Shown: in pieces, positions 11,306-19,834 of the stretch
Layout: each line of letters opens with the position of its first letter
Numbering within the stretch: the first letter of the stretch is position 1
Assembly: GCA_965644315.1 (NCBI GenBank)
Contig: CBFFRQ010000068.1
Span: 124,001 to 188,000, forward strand
From: Caecitellus pseudoparvulus
Lineage: Eukaryota > Protista > Bigyra: Bicosoecida
DNA: 64,000 nucleotides
Reading direction: 5' to 3'
Notes under the pieces: generated by a model
Database searches by the model: none
What the model was told of the DNA's origin: nothing
What the model saw: only the letters and a program-made list of their open reading frames with translations
Program-made: the position numbers and the translations under genes

Positions 11306-12008
11306 TCATTTTGTAACAACGCGAGAAAACTGAATGCAGACTCGGGCAAGTTCCTTCCCACTCGCGTCGCTCAACACAAGGGTGCGATGGAGGATGTGTG
11401 GGTCAGCGGGGTCGAGTGTGGACGTCATGATCATTGTTTTCGTCTTATCTTTGGCAAACGGCCCGCGCAATTCGATAGCACCACCTGTCAAGACGGACGT
11501 CATCATGGGTGCCTTGGAGCCATCCCCGCCAGTGAACTCTGACTCCTGTGAGACACAGGGAGATGCGCGAGCTTGTGAGGATAAGGTGCGGAATATGTGT
11601 GCCACTCGCTCCTGGTGCACCTTGCCAATGACCATGCGGTTCTTCATGGTGAACAACGCGGTGGCTTGATCAAAATCGAAAATTGTCGCACTGTGACGGA
11701 TGGTCAGCTTCATTTGCAGGCTGCCTGCCATCTGCGCGAGGGGAAGGTGGCGTGGCGGAGTGGAGCGGAAGCTGAGGATAGCTCTGGCTCCGCTCGCATC
11801 CGCTCACCTTTCGAACGATCCAAGGAGCCCCCGCAGCCCGCAAGAAGGGCTCCATGCTGTCACTCTTATCCTTGTCTATTTTCCAGGTCCCGCTCTGGTC
11901 CACAAATGGTGGCACATGCTCTCCTGCAGTCGCGGTGGGTCCAGGATCTGCCCGCGCAACTGGCTCACTGCCCTGCCCGGGAGTACCGGAGCTCGCTTCT
12001 GCCGCCAT
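11306..12008 (-). CDS. FABP/iLBP-like protein, paralog C, about 183 aa; exons 12008-11808, 11731-11621, 11545-11306
   Basis: PFVDQSGTWKIDKDKSDSMEPFLRAAGAPWIVRK|MAGSLQMKLTIRHS...MVIGK|ESEFTGGDGSKAPM...VCIQFSR, containing the canonical calycin GxW motif. The middle exon is 111 nt, as in paralogs A and B. Confidence 0.75.
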
Positions 12009-12084
12009 GCTGAGCAAGCCAGTGTGGTCGCATCACAAAGGAGAAATTCAGTATCCTTGAGCCACAGGAAACGGGTGGAGTTAA

Positions 12085-13806
12085 TTAAATGTGGTGTGTT
12101 CCTTCAGTTGCCCACGGGTGCGAGTGCAGGAATGCGTAGCGGGCGTCCTGGAGCAGCTCCTGCACCTCAGCGCGGTGGTCCCCCCACACCCTACCCGCAG
12201 CAGGGGGCACCACAGGCTGGCTCTCTGCGATGGGCCACCGTGCAGCAAAGTCCAGCGATTCGGAGCTCGCCACTGCGCTGCCGCCCAGGGCCGCTGCCCA
12301 AGCCACCATGACTGCGTTGTCCCCGCAGTAGCGAAGGGGGGGCGCAACAAACCGCAACCCTGCTGCATGGGCGACACCTTCAAGCTTCTCCCTGAGAGCG
12401 GCGTTTGCGGCAGCTCCCCCAGACACCACCAGGTGCCTCACGCCAGCAGCGCTGGGCAGGGCTGCCGCCGCCGCCACCTGTCTAGCTATGTGCTCCCCAG
12501 CCACATGCTGAAAAGAGGCAGCCACGTCAGCCGCAGCCTGTCGCTGCAGCATGTCCTGGGAGTCAGCTACGCGCCGCACAGCCGTCTTCAGGCCTGAGAA
12601 GGAAAATGCAATGTGCGGGGCGGGCCGTTTGCGGCCGTGGAAGGCTTGCGTCTTGCCTCGGTTGCCGCTGAGGGGAACGGTGAAGCGATGCGACTGTGGG
12701 TCGCCCTCTCGAGCAAGCGCTTCGAGTGCTGCGCCTAGGTGACCCAGCACTGGTGGATCCTGGGGCAAGGAGGCACTGCGAGTGGGTGAAAAGCCTGCCC
12801 AAGGAGGGGGGACTGCCTCTGGGTGGGGTGCGGGCGGATGCGGAGCTGGCTCAGGCAGCGTGCCAGCGGCCGTGTGCCGCCCAACGCGCACCATGCGCGC
12901 CACCTTGTCGAATGCCTCCCCCAGACTGTCGTCCATGGACGTGCCTGCAGGTGGGGTTGCGGGGCACGGCGGTGGGCTGGGGAGTGGGCTTGACGGCGGT
13001 CGGCGCCCCTACTCACCCACGACAGCGCAAGTGCAGGGGCTCTTCACGAGGACGAGCATCGTGTGCCCTCCAGACACCAAAAGGCACAAGTATGGGAAGG
13101 CGATGTCGGGCTCATGCAGCAGCGGCATGAGAGCGTGCGCCTTCATGTGGTGCGTTGGCATCAGTGGCACGCCAGTGATTGCCGCGAGAGCCTTGGCGGT
13201 GACGATGCCCACCTGGAGGGGCGAGGCACAGGGAGGATGCACAAGGGATTGCGAGCACTCCGCCTGGGACGCACCCGCAGGCAGAGGGCCAGGCCGGGCC
13301 CGGCGGTGACAGCTATGGCATCCGGCTTGGGAAGGTGTGCCCTGCGCAACACGCCAGGCAGCTTGCAAACAATGCAAGAGGGTGCTAGCATGTCCAACAC
13401 GAACGTTTCTTTTAAAACCTCATGCAGTACTGCTGGCATGTTGAGGGCGTGCTCCCTAGCCGCCATGGCAGGAACTACCCCTGCGAGTGCGGAATGCGGA
13501 AGTTGAACGGCAGCGACGAGCTTTCCACGCTCCCCGGAACATACCAGCATAGTTGGCGTGAATTTCAAACTGGGAAGAAAGGCTTTCAGCAACTATTTTA
13601 CCCCTGCCACCATTTCGTCTCACAAACGCGACAGCTGTGTCGTCGCAGCTGCGGTGTACGCTCAAAGTGTGGCGGCCTGGCTCAGCCAAGGCTTGCTCGT
13701 GCGGCGGCCTCACTCACCTGGTCTCTATGCCTAAGACAGCGGAGCAACACCAGCGCCTGAGGCGGCGCTGGACTAACCCCTGCTGAAGGCGCGCTGCTGC
13801 CAACAT
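12085..13806 (-). CDS. OSGEPL1: Mitochondrial tRNA N6-threonylcarbamoyladenosine (t6A) transferase, Qri7/OSGEPL1 (TsaD/Kae1 family), multi-exon
   Basis: Spliced motifs VLGIETS|CDDTAVA, G|VVPAMAAREH, DAIAVTAGPGLALCL, HHMKAH, LLVSGGHT, DDSLGEAFDKVARM, FSFSGLKTAV, VVSGGAAAN and CGDNAVMVAW. The Arg-rich N-terminus (MLAAARLQQGLVQRRLRRW) resembles a mitochondrial presequence. The start codon is inferred. Confidence 0.88.
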
Positions 13807-13907
13807 GGCGGGGGTGTTCAAGCCATGGGTTGCACGAGGCGCAGAACTCCGCCTGGCCGGGCGATGCTGTGTTTTGGGCAGCCGGCAGCACTGCGGGGCA
13901 CGTACCT

Positions 13908-16900
13908 TCATTTGCCGCCCTGCTCCAGCGACATAGCCAATAGGTCTAACACGACCCGCTGCAATGACACTGCGCTACACACCGCTCCTCCTTGCTCGAG
14001 GGTGGCCCGCAACTCTTCCTGCCACACAGACACTCGAGAGGCGGGCACGGGCCCTGCGCGGACCACTGGAGTGAGCTGAACTGCGTAGCCCTCACGCACC
14101 TGCTCTGCTCCTGCACAAATGAACACTCCATACAGGGCGTCTTGCACAGCACAATGCAAGATGATTCGGGTCGCTCCTGGGACGAGGCGCTGCACCAGTT
14201 CCGCACTCCCGCTGTCTACCGTAGCTTGCCCTGTCGACAGTGCTTCGCGAATTGCCGGCAGCTGGAGCACAGCACCTGGGATGCCCGGCGTCTCTGGGAT
14301 CGGGCCCGCCCCACGTAGCTGTGCCAGACCCGAAGGCACGTTGGTTGGCTCGGGCAAAGAGCCCCACACAGCCCGAGGCAGCCGGCCGAGCAGGCGAGAA
14401 GTTACCGCATCCGCCACCGGATTCACGGTTGCTGGGGCTGCAGCTTGCGGCACCCCCATGCCTTGGATGCGAGCAAGGGCCACCAAATCTGCGTCTGCAC
14501 ACTCCTCATCCTCTGGGCTGAGTCTTGCGCTGCAAGGGCTGATCCTCTCCTGCCTGAACAAGTGCACGGGCTCGCCACCAGGCCCGTGCTGGAGGCCTAT
14601 CACCGCAGCAGCACGTGCCAGTGCCTCCACGGAGCTGCGCCACTTGTCGCCCCCCTCCCCCACAAGCTCAATGCAATGATGCAGAGCGCACCAGGCAACG
14701 TCCATGGCGTCAGCTGACACACGGAGCCATCTGTGGCAGCAGATGGCCAGGCGAAGCAGGTCAGCAGGAGCTGCTGAGTGAGTCGAACTCGCGATAAGAT
14801 GCAAAATTCTGGACCAGAGTACTTTGCTCATGGGACGCGCAGCAAGAGAGCGTCTGGCGGCTGCCAAGTGGCACGCTGCTTCAATGGGTGTCGCGACTGT
14901 CCTCAGCACTGCCCAAGCTTCATCGCAAGGTACCCTTTGTGTGAGCATCGGCAAGCTGGCGACGTGATCCCAGCCCAGGGCCGACTCCCAAGGCGGGCAG
15001 CCTGCAAAGTTCTTGACGCAGGTGGCGCTGGTGCCTGGCAAGGGTGTCAAGCATGGCAAGGAGGTGGCGAGAGCATGCCGCAATGCCGACAGGGTGGGCT
15101 TGTGCGCTACAGCCCTTAGCGACCGCCAAACCTGCGGGCCAGCCAAGGCTGCTTGACAATGCCAGGGCCACCGTGGAAGCAAGCACTGCCTGACTGACTT
15201 TGGAAGCGTGTAGTGGGGAGCCGGCTCGCCATGGATCAACTGCAGAGCTTCCGCGTGGCTGAAGAGGCCCGAGCACAAGCATTGTGGCCCAAGGATAAAG
15301 TCTCCAAGGACATCCCACCAAGCTCCACGGAGCGCTGTGAAGCTCGCGACAGGCAGCCTCGGGAGCACGCTGGGGTGACTTGTGGCTGGAATGCTGAGCC
15401 AGTTCACAAGCCGCACCGCCGCTTTGTCCTCACAGGGTGCTGCCTCACTGCTGACGGGAACCATGACTTCCAGTGACGCAAGGGCCTGCTGCACGAGTGC
15501 AACTGAGCTCCTTACTTCATGCTGGGCTTCTGCCGCGGACACGTGCTGCGCCTTCTCACCCCCCCAAGGAAGCAGGGCAAAGCCAAAGCTGCCTGCCTCA
15601 TCAGTACCCCGACACAATGATACTGCTGCTCGCTGCAGGGCTGTCTTGTTTTCTTGTGTTGCATGGCAGGCCACGACAGCTTGGATGCGCAGAACGTGCG
15701 CTTGCATGACTCCCCACAGACTGCGAAGAGCGACTTGAAAAGAAGCTTTGGTCTGCAAAAACCACATGGTGGCCTTGTACCAACGTTCGTGGCAAGCAGC
15801 TGCAAAGGTGTCAAGCGCATCCAGGAGCAAGCTCGGCGGAGAAAAGCGCGCCGCAGCACACAGACCCACTACGCAATCAGTCACTGATACACAGCCTTTT
15901 TCAGACATCGCGACACCCGGCTGCTCAGTGCTCTGCGAAAACACTTCCAGCAAGGCGGACGTGCACTGCCATGTTGTGGAGTCGTCTGGCCCACCTAGAG
16001 CATCAACTTCAAGCACACTGCTTGGCGGCACGGAGGTGGCTCGCACGGCGCTGTGCATGGCGCCCCACCTCAGCAACATGCTGGCACCTTCCCAGTGCCC
16101 AGAAGCCGCGTCTGTCAAGCTACACACGAGGACATGCAGCGAGCTGATGCAGCTCCTGTCTTTTCCCAGCAGTTCCTCTGCGTGTGACTTTGAGGCAGAG
16201 ATGAGGGCTAAGGCGAGCCTTGCCCGCAGAGACAGAGTTCGAGGTGTTTGGGGGCCTTGCAGCTTGCGTTGGGCCCTGGTCACACCCTGCACACAATGCA
16301 ACAGTGGGCGAATGGACGCCGTGCTCAGTCCATGGGCGCTGAAGAAGCACAGAACGGTCAGGGCAGCGTTGGGCTCCCGAAGCCACCCAGCTTCGAAGCA
16401 CAGGGACGCGAGCTTCTCTGGGCACAGCAGGGACAAGCCTCCAAGAATGCTCAGAATCAAAGCCTGCAGGGAACTGGACGCACGTTGCACACCAAAAACG
16501 CGACCGTGCTGCTGCTTGCACCAGATATTGAAGGTAGAAAAGCATGACTGCCAGACTTGCCTGCTGCAGGGGTCTACTGCTGCGCCGGCGCCGGGGCCTG
16601 CCACAGCCGTGCTGGCCTGCAAACGTTGGATTGGATGGCCCCAACCCACTGATGAGCAAAATGAGACGGGTCCCAGTGTACTGGCCGAGGCGTGAAGGAG
16701 CACGGCTGACTCGTCTCCTTTAACCGCAGCGTGGGCCAAGTGAAGACGAGCCAGCGACAGTGGTGCCACAGCTTGAAACTCTGCTGCCGTTTCAGCCAGG
16801 CACAGCATGTCTAGTTCCTGCAGGGCTCGGTGTGTGTGCCCAGCAGTGATAAGAATCGACAGCCTGGAGAACAACACTCCGTGCCATTCGGGGCAAGTGC

Positions 16901-19718
16901 GCCGAGCAATCATCTGCCCGAGTGGGGCGACATCAAGCACCAAGTGGTGCACAAGCGGCACTTTGGGTGTTTCTAGTAAGCACGCAGCTTGTAAACGTGC
17001 ATGTGCGAGGCACGGTGAACTCGGAAATGCAGCACATGCACGGTCAAGGAGCCGCATCAGCTCTTGCCGACCCTTGTCGGGAATCGCGTTGTCAAGCATT
17101 CTGAAAGGCCCCCCTCCCCGAGCAAGAAGCCGCAGTCCCATCAAACACAGCGCCAAGGCCTGCTCAGGAGTCCCTCCTCCAAGGCAGGCAGAGTGTCGCA
17201 CGGTGTACTCCCAAGCCAGCTCGCACCTCCACCCACCACAGTCCAGTTCCTTCCCGGCTTCAACACGCGAGGGAGTGTGTTGCAGGGCTCGCTGAAGCGA
17301 AGCGAATGCCTCCAGGTTCTGGACAAGGCCAGAAGCCATGCCACTGTGCTCCAAATCTCGATTCCGCGTTCCCATCACAGGCATAGCCTCGCTGCACGAA
17401 TCGCAACTGGAGACTGTGCTGGCATCCTCCTGCACATCTGGGGCACTCGTGCTGACATCTTCGTCGAGATGCAACAGGGCTTCATGACAAGACTTCGTGA
17501 AGTGAAACTGCAGCAGGGGGGAAGGTGGGGCCCCTTGCAACGCCCACAACACCACGAGCAAGACTGCTGCAGGACCGCTGGGAGTGTGCAGTTGGGCCAG
17601 GGCGACCTGCACGTCCTCGCGGGTGGTCCAGCGCTGCTCATGGCAGAGCCTCCTCCAATCCAAGGAGTCGGTGCTCAAAGCAGGGCGGGAGTAGGACGCA
17701 CTGCGCTGGCAGAGGGTCTGCAATACACGGATACTGTCAGATCCTGTGGGGCGCTGTGGAGCCGGCTTCTGAGGAACAGGAGGTAAGCGCAGTACCAGAT
17801 CATCTGATGAGCGGTCAGCGACAGTGCAGCCACTCGCTGTTTCTCCAATGTCTTTCAAAGGGGAGGAAGGTACGGCCTCGCCGTGCCTCCTCTTCACAAG
17901 CAATTGCGCGGTACCGTGCATGCCGGCCCAAGGCAGGAGCAGCTTCACCACAGCCAACTCCAACGCAGGTGGTAAGTGAGCACTTGACTTGAGCATGCGA
18001 GGAGCTGCCCACTTGACACCAACTTGAGAAGCAGTGCTTGCATGGGCTGGGCGAAATAGTTCCCGGAGCACGTGCTGCACTGCTGCATCCGGGCTGCCCT
18101 GTGCCACATTCCCAAGGAGAAGCAAATGCCGAACTGCCCAGCGTCCAGCCTCGTACGAGCAAAAGGTTGAAGCCATCATCGGTAATTCCAAGCTTACTCT
18201 GCCGTCAACGCCACGGCTCGTTAGACTGCTGATCGCTTTCAGCACCTGTCGCAAAGCCAGCCCTGACTTGGCGGCAGTTTGCAAGACCGCGGCATGCGGC
18301 ACGCAGAAACCCAAGCCAGAGCTATCAGCCATAGCTGCCAGGGGTTCTTCTAGGCCACATGGCACAGTATCTGGAACAGGCGAAAGCTCAAATTCTTCTG
18401 CTGCACTCACAGCAGAAGCTGCTATGCGCTGTGTGGCTAGGATGGGACGCAGCAAAGACTTGAGTTGTCTGGGCTTGAGCATCACTTCTGACGAGTCACC
18501 CTCATCAGCACAGATGAATCCTGAGGCCTCGGCGACGGCAGCGCGGACAGCTGCCACACAAGCAAGAGCTTGTGCCCCAAGACCTGCTTGTTCTCTAGCT
18601 GACAGGAAGAGTCGGGCGTCACCCTCCGCGATACTGCCACCCTCAGCAGTCCTTACCAGTTGAAGCCGCCGCGCAGCCCGAGCTGGTTCGAGCAGAAGCT
18701 CACCTGATTCAAGCTTGGCCCTCAGCAGCACCAGGCACATGTGACGCCCTGCGGCAACCGCTCCCGCTTTGCCGCAACGAAGAGCGTCGCACACATCGTG
18801 GGTGGGATCCTGCACCGAGTGAGGTGTCCATGTAAGTGCACCTGGGGGTACCGCAAAAGTTTGAAAAGCACTTCCAGAGGGAAGCCTCTGCTCAAAGCGA
18901 GAGCGTTTTGGGGGATCCCAGTGGCTGGCACAAGTCAAGGGTGCAGGCACCTCTGCGTGGGCAGCAGGCATTTCCCCCGCGCTCACCTCAAAGGGACGTC
19001 CTGCGCTTGGTGGTTCTGGTGTGCAACGGAAGTTGGTGTGTACTGGCTGATGGCCCGCAAACGTTGCCAGCGACCGCCACAGTCTGGCTGACCAGAGCAG
19101 CGCCGACTCTTGGCTGGTGGCAAGGTCAGCAGCAGATGAGCGCGATAAGAAACGCAAAGCAGACCCCAGGTGGTGCAGCGGGGGGCGAAGCACACCCCTG
19201 GGCTGCAGGAGGAACAGAGTCTGCCCGGCTTGCCGGACGGTTCCGCTACTATGTGCGACGAAGCCATCAATGGCCGCCCGCACCTGGGCAGGCTGCAAGG
19301 AAGGCCTCCACGTTTTGAGAGTCTGCAGCACACCGGCTTCCAATTCAGGCCGAATGACTCGCCCCGCTCGTTGCAGCAAGTGGAGGGCAAGCGCACAGAT
19401 TGCCGTGTGTGCGTCGTGTTGGGCGCTGCGAGCGGGTGAGCTGCTGGGCATCAGAGACAGGAGTCTCTCAAGCTGAGAACCCCCATGGAGCACAATCAGG
19501 TGCGAAAGCGTCGCTTGTAGCCTTCTCAACGCCGCATACCTGGACCGCTGGCTCCGCACATCTGCACGGGTGGCCTCCAGCTCAGCCTGCAAGGCCACCT
19601 GATCAGCATGCAGAGTAGGCCGGCCTGCCTTGGACGAAGGCAGCTCCTGCAGACCAGTTGTAAAGGAAGAAGAGCTCCTTGTCTTGGGTCTTGCGCGCTT
19701 CTTGCCCCGGTCAGGCAT
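13908..19718 (-). CDS. Large single-exon hypothetical nuclear protein (about 1,936 aa from the first ATG), possibly a divergent ZFC3H1/Red1-like HAT-repeat protein
   Basis: 5.8-kb uninterrupted ORF; the ORF-track start at 19850 is TTG and the first ATG is at 19718. It has an NLS-like KKRARPK, an N-terminal coiled coil, a degenerate zf-C3H1-like segment DPTHDVCDALRCGK...H, and HAT-like segments (ACAAFPSSPCLAHARL, RSLAARPMSKVLWSRIL). Coding status is confident; the family call is weak. Confidence 0.6.
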   Translation of the reverse strand: MPDRGKKRARPKTRSSSSFTTGLQELPSSKAGRPTLHADQVALQAELEATRADVRSQRSRYAALRRLQATLSHLIVLHGGSQLERLLSLMPSSSPARSAQHDAHTAICALALHLLQRAGRVIRPELEAGVLQTLKTWRPSLQPAQVRAAIDGFVAHSSGTVRQAGQTLFLLQPRGVLRPPLHHLGSALRFLSRSSAADLATSQESALLWSARLWRSLATFAGHQPVHTNFRCTPEPPSAGRPFEVSAGEMPAAHAEVPAPLTCASHWDPPKRSRFEQRLPSGSAFQTFAVPPGALTWTPHSVQDPTHDVCDALRCGKAGAVAAGRHMCLVLLRAKLESGELLLEPARAARRLQLVRTAEGGSIAEGDARLFLSAREQAGLGAQALACVAAVRAAVAEASGFICADEGDSSEVMLKPRQLKSLLRPILATQRIAASAVSAAEEFELSPVPDTVPCGLEEPLAAMADSSGLGFCVPHAAVLQTAAKSGLALRQVLKAISSLTSRGVDGRVSLELPMMASTFCSYEAGRWAVRHLLLLGNVAQGSPDAAVQHVLRELFRPAHASTASQVGVKWAAPRMLKSSAHLPPALELAVVKLLLPWAGMHGTAQLLVKRRHGEAVPSSPLKDIGETASGCTVADRSSDDLVLRLPPVPQKPAPQRPTGSDSIRVLQTLCQRSASYSRPALSTDSLDWRRLCHEQRWTTREDVQVALAQLHTPSGPAAVLLVVLWALQGAPPSPLLQFHFTKSCHEALLHLDEDVSTSAPDVQEDASTVSSCDSCSEAMPVMGTRNRDLEHSGMASGLVQNLEAFASLQRALQHTPSRVEAGKELDCGGWRCELAWEYTVRHSACLGGGTPEQALALCLMGLRLLARGGGPFRMLDNAIPDKGRQELMRLLDRACAAFPSSPCLAHARLQAACLLETPKVPLVHHLVLDVAPLGQMIARRTCPEWHGVLFSRLSILITAGHTHRALQELDMLCLAETAAEFQAVAPLSLARLHLAHAAVKGDESAVLLHASASTLGPVSFCSSVGWGHPIQRLQASTAVAGPGAGAAVDPCSRQVWQSCFSTFNIWCKQQHGRVFGVQRASSSLQALILSILGGLSLLCPEKLASLCFEAGWLREPNAALTVLCFFSAHGLSTASIRPLLHCVQGVTRAQRKLQGPQTPRTLSLRARLALALISASKSHAEELLGKDRSCISSLHVLVCSLTDAASGHWEGASMLLRWGAMHSAVRATSVPPSSVLEVDALGGPDDSTTWQCTSALLEVFSQSTEQPGVAMSEKGCVSVTDCVVGLCAAARFSPPSLLLDALDTFAAACHERWYKATMWFLQTKASFQVALRSLWGVMQAHVLRIQAVVACHATQENKTALQRAAVSLCRGTDEAGSFGFALLPWGGEKAQHVSAAEAQHEVRSSVALVQQALASLEVMVPVSSEAAPCEDKAAVRLVNWLSIPATSHPSVLPRLPVASFTALRGAWWDVLGDFILGPQCLCSGLFSHAEALQLIHGEPAPHYTLPKSVRQCLLPRWPWHCQAALAGPQVWRSLRAVAHKPTLSALRHALATSLPCLTPLPGTSATCVKNFAGCPPWESALGWDHVASLPMLTQRVPCDEAWAVLRTVATPIEAACHLAAARRSLAARPMSKVLWSRILHLIASSTHSAAPADLLRLAICCHRWLRVSADAMDVAWCALHHCIELVGEGGDKWRSSVEALARAAAVIGLQHGPGGEPVHLFRQERISPCSARLSPEDEECADADLVALARIQGMGVPQAAAPATVNPVADAVTSRLLGRLPRAVWGSLPEPTNVPSGLAQLRGAGPIPETPGIPGAVLQLPAIREALSTGQATVDSGSAELVQRLVPGATRIILHCAVQDALYGVFICAGAEQVREGYAVQLTPVVRAGPVPASRVSVWQEELRATLEQGGAVCSAVSLQRVVLDLLAMSLEQGGK

Positions 19719-19834
19719 TGCGGCGCTGCGCCCTGTTCGATCGACAACTGGCAACGCGGAAATTGAGAAGCATGGACAATGTAAATGCACTGTGCCCCGC
19801 TGCGCGAGAGGTCCTGAGACAAGAGTGTTTGCAT

